A DNA stretch of 64,000 nt. Origin: Ylistrum balloti. Its lineage: Eukaryota. Shown here one piece after another: positions 61,390-64,000 of the stretch; position 1 is the stretch's first letter; each line of letters opens with the position of its first letter. Under the pieces are notes generated by a model. It was given only the letters and a program-made list of their open reading frames with translations. It searched no databases and had not been told where the DNA came from. The stretch is from NCBI RefSeq assembly GCF_031769215.1, contig NW_026781864.1:806001-870000 (forward strand), in the 5' to 3' direction. A program made the translations under genes and the position numbers.

Positions 61390-62483
61390 GCTTGCTTTAA
61401 GAATTCCTCATCTGCTGCTCACAAGTCATGATCAGTAACTCAATTCTTGGTTAGAATGGTAAAACATACTGAACCTATAACAGAAACAAAGAAAAGATAT
61501 TGTAATAAAAATTGCAGCCAAATTTGTTTGCCGAAGTTGTCTGCTCAAAATTTAATTGTTTCTTAGGTAAGAAAAAAGAATGAAGAGATTGATTGTTCAG
61601 GTTAGGTCATTGTGATTTCCTTTTATACATGTATTTCTAAGGAATGAAGGTAGAACTACAGCATTGTATAGAAGCTGATCATCAGAAAACCAGACTTTTG
61701 CCCAAAAGAAAAGCAAGCTCATGATATTTTTTGGTGCTTTTACACTGTGATAATGTCTTAATTATACAATGCTTGTCAAAATATACTACAAGCTCCTGAC
61801 AGTTTATGTAAATTAATTGTTACATATTTGAGATCCGGGACGTAGATAACAGTTGTCTACGTCCCTGATGTGATCAACACATAAACACCATAACAGCAAA
61901 TTCAAACTAACCTTTAGGTCTACTGAAAAGCAATCTTCAAAGTAAATTCACCTTGCATCAAAGACCATTCATACAAAGTCATTGTCATAACAAGATTTAA
62001 ACACTGCTCTTCAGTTTTCAAGGACTTTTGGGGCCCAAATCACACAAATATAGATTGGAAATATAACGACAGAGAGCAGAATATTGGGCTGTTGGGTAGT
62101 CAGAATACATATAAACAGTCAATATATAATTAATCTTATAGATAGGGGCCTGTAGTGAAATGCTAAGTTATGAGATTTACAACATCGGAGTTTCCAATAC
62201 CTTTGATAATGCAGCATAAACACATATCTGTATCATCCTTACATCTTCCCTTACAAGCTAAGGCATGATTTTGGAACTTCCGCTCAAAATCAAAATCACG
62301 TGATCAAACAATGTGAAAACCATGACTAATGTCGTAAACACATATATCTCATAATTATTACATCCTTTAATATCAAAGTTGTAAGTTTTATGTAAGGATT
62401 TGTTGCCAAGTGGTATTAAAATTTATATGACTAAGGATGTATTTTTTACGATAATGTTTTTTCTCGATAGATGGCGTTGTTAA

Positions 62484-62498
62484 GTTGCTTCCGGTAAC
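62484..62498. promoter_or_regulatory. RFX X-box-like motif upstream of IFT22
   Basis: GTTGCTTCCGGTAAC, about 60 nt upstream of the IFT22 ATG, fits GTTNCY-N(0-3)-RGYAAC. IFT genes are established RFX targets. Confidence 0.55.
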
Positions 62499-62560
62499 AA
62501 ATTCCACAAGTTGAGTTCGGCTGCTACATTTGGAAGTAATCGTTCTTCTCAAGAGAAACA

Positions 62561-64000
62561 ATGTTTAAAGTCAAAGTTTTAGTCATTGGCCCATGTCAGG
62601 TAACTAACATTAGATTGATACACTCCCAAGTGATGCACAGGTTTCATGACCGTTGTCTTTGAGATAGGAGATAGTTGTTGAATATGCTGTAAACTTACTA
62701 GAAAAGATCTTATATGTTCACGAATTCTGGGAACAACTTCATTAATTTGATACATTTGATGTTTCTTATTTTCCCGAACAGCTGGTTTTATAATAACGAA
62801 ATTGCACAAGGCGGAAGATGTTGATGTAATTATCGATGGGAATTCTTTTTAACAACATAGTCAGCACGGACTTAGATACAGACTGACTATGTTAAAGTCT
62901 GTGTTATGATCTGATATAAATTGTATGACAGATACCTTTTTGTACTTGTGAACGTGAATGTATCTTTTTATGTCCCCCGAAAATTTTCCTTATGTCCTTT
63001 CGTGTTCAGAGCATAACTTTGTTCACAGTTAAGCAAGGATCAAGAAACTTGGTGTATAAATTGGTCACACTAAGGTGATGTGTAGAGTACCAAATTCAAG
63101 GCCCACGACCCCTTAATTACAGAATTTTTACCCTTTGTTAAAATTTCATATCCAGAGCACAACTTTAAATTGCTTACATTTAAACTTGGATAATGAACCT
63201 TATTATATACATTGGTAATACAAAGACAACGTGCAATGTACCAATGTTAGGGCCGGAAACCCTTTAAGTACAGAATTATTGCCCTTTGTTAAAATTTAGT
63301 GTCTCAAGCATTACTTTGACAACAGTAAAGCAAGGATCATGAAGCATGCTGTATACATTGTGTAGTGTTATGAGACTAACAGTTAATTGTATTGATGTTG
63401 ACCATAATCCTAAGGTCATTGGCTGTCTCAGTCTCAAATGTGAGTAGCCTGTATTTATTGGTTAGGCCCTGCATTATGGACACTGTAGTTAGATTAGATG
63501 CTTTGTTCTTTGTATAAAAAGTTCCTGTCTAGATGATAAACATGTACATATTGTACAATGTTGAGTTAGTCATTTTAAGTTAAAAGAATAAGACACAACT
63601 CATTGGTCATACTAAGTTGACATGCAGTTTTCCAATTTCAGGGCCCCTGGTCATACCCCTCAACTACAGAGTTGAAGCCCTTTTTTAAAAAATTATGTGG
63701 CTTTGGCATAAATTTGCTTTCTTGTAAAGTAGGATAATGAAATTTGGTGTACACATTAGTGATTCTAAGTGGAAATGTGGTAAATTATTAGCTTTACGAA
63801 CCTTTGTGACCCTTTGTGTGGAATATTCCTATCCTACACCCCAACACATAAAAGAGTCTTATAGAATTGACCTGTTAGGAGACGGAAGGTGTAGCACATG
63901 AAAATTTGTTCAGATTATCTTTTATGCATATGCATGAAGCTATATGTCAATCAACTTTATATTTGAAGTTGTATTTCTTTTCATTCAGAGCGGTAAAACA
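62561..64000 (+). CDS. IFT22: Intraflagellar transport protein 22 (RABL5), partial: exon 1 and start of exon 2
   Basis: Exon 1 62561-62599 MFKVKVLVIGPCQ (donor GTAACT). Exon 2 starts at 63989 after TTTCATTCAG and reads SGKT to the window end. Together GPCQSGKT is the atypical P-loop, matching the human IFT22 start MLKAKILFVGPCESGKT. Confidence 0.85.
62990..63860. repeat. Degenerate non-autonomous element with tandem subrepeats in IFT22 intron 1
   Basis: Recurrent AAACTTGG../CAAATTCAAGGCCC../ACAGAATT.TT.CCCTTTGTTAAAATTT blocks. Confidence 0.45.

Overview
AT-rich, intron-containing eukaryotic (animal) DNA. The repeat content suggests a bivalve mollusc, which is my inference. All exon structures were assembled by eye from GT-AG boundaries and frame continuity. 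Genes, left to right: two separate fatty-acid-binding-protein (FABP) first exons on the minus strand (1856-1943 and 14087-14183); TRIAP1/Mdm35 (minus, 2 exons) head-to-head with GATC (plus, 5 exons); NDUFS8 (plus, 6 exons, 209 aa); an unnamed ~229-aa cysteine-rich single-pass membrane protein gene (minus, 5 coding exons); and, divergent from it, the first 1.3 exons of IFT22/RABL5. About 11 kb is minisatellite (units 23-91 bp), and there are decayed Penelope-like, CR1-like, Crypton-like and Helentron/HINE-like elements. Most interesting points: (i) minisatellites grown out of real exon/5'-splice-site junctions in GATC and NDUFS8, giving arrays of decoy donors; (ii) a 3.4-kb satellite born from the 'RTRGH' tail motif of a CR1 LINE; (iii) twin FABP first exons with no downstream exons seen between them; (iv) the TRIAP1-GATC bidirectional pair, also found in human; (v) the unknown Cys-rich protein sharing an X-box promoter region with IFT22. 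No rRNA, tRNA or CRISPR array was seen. Most ORFs in the supplied track are spurious or repeat-derived.
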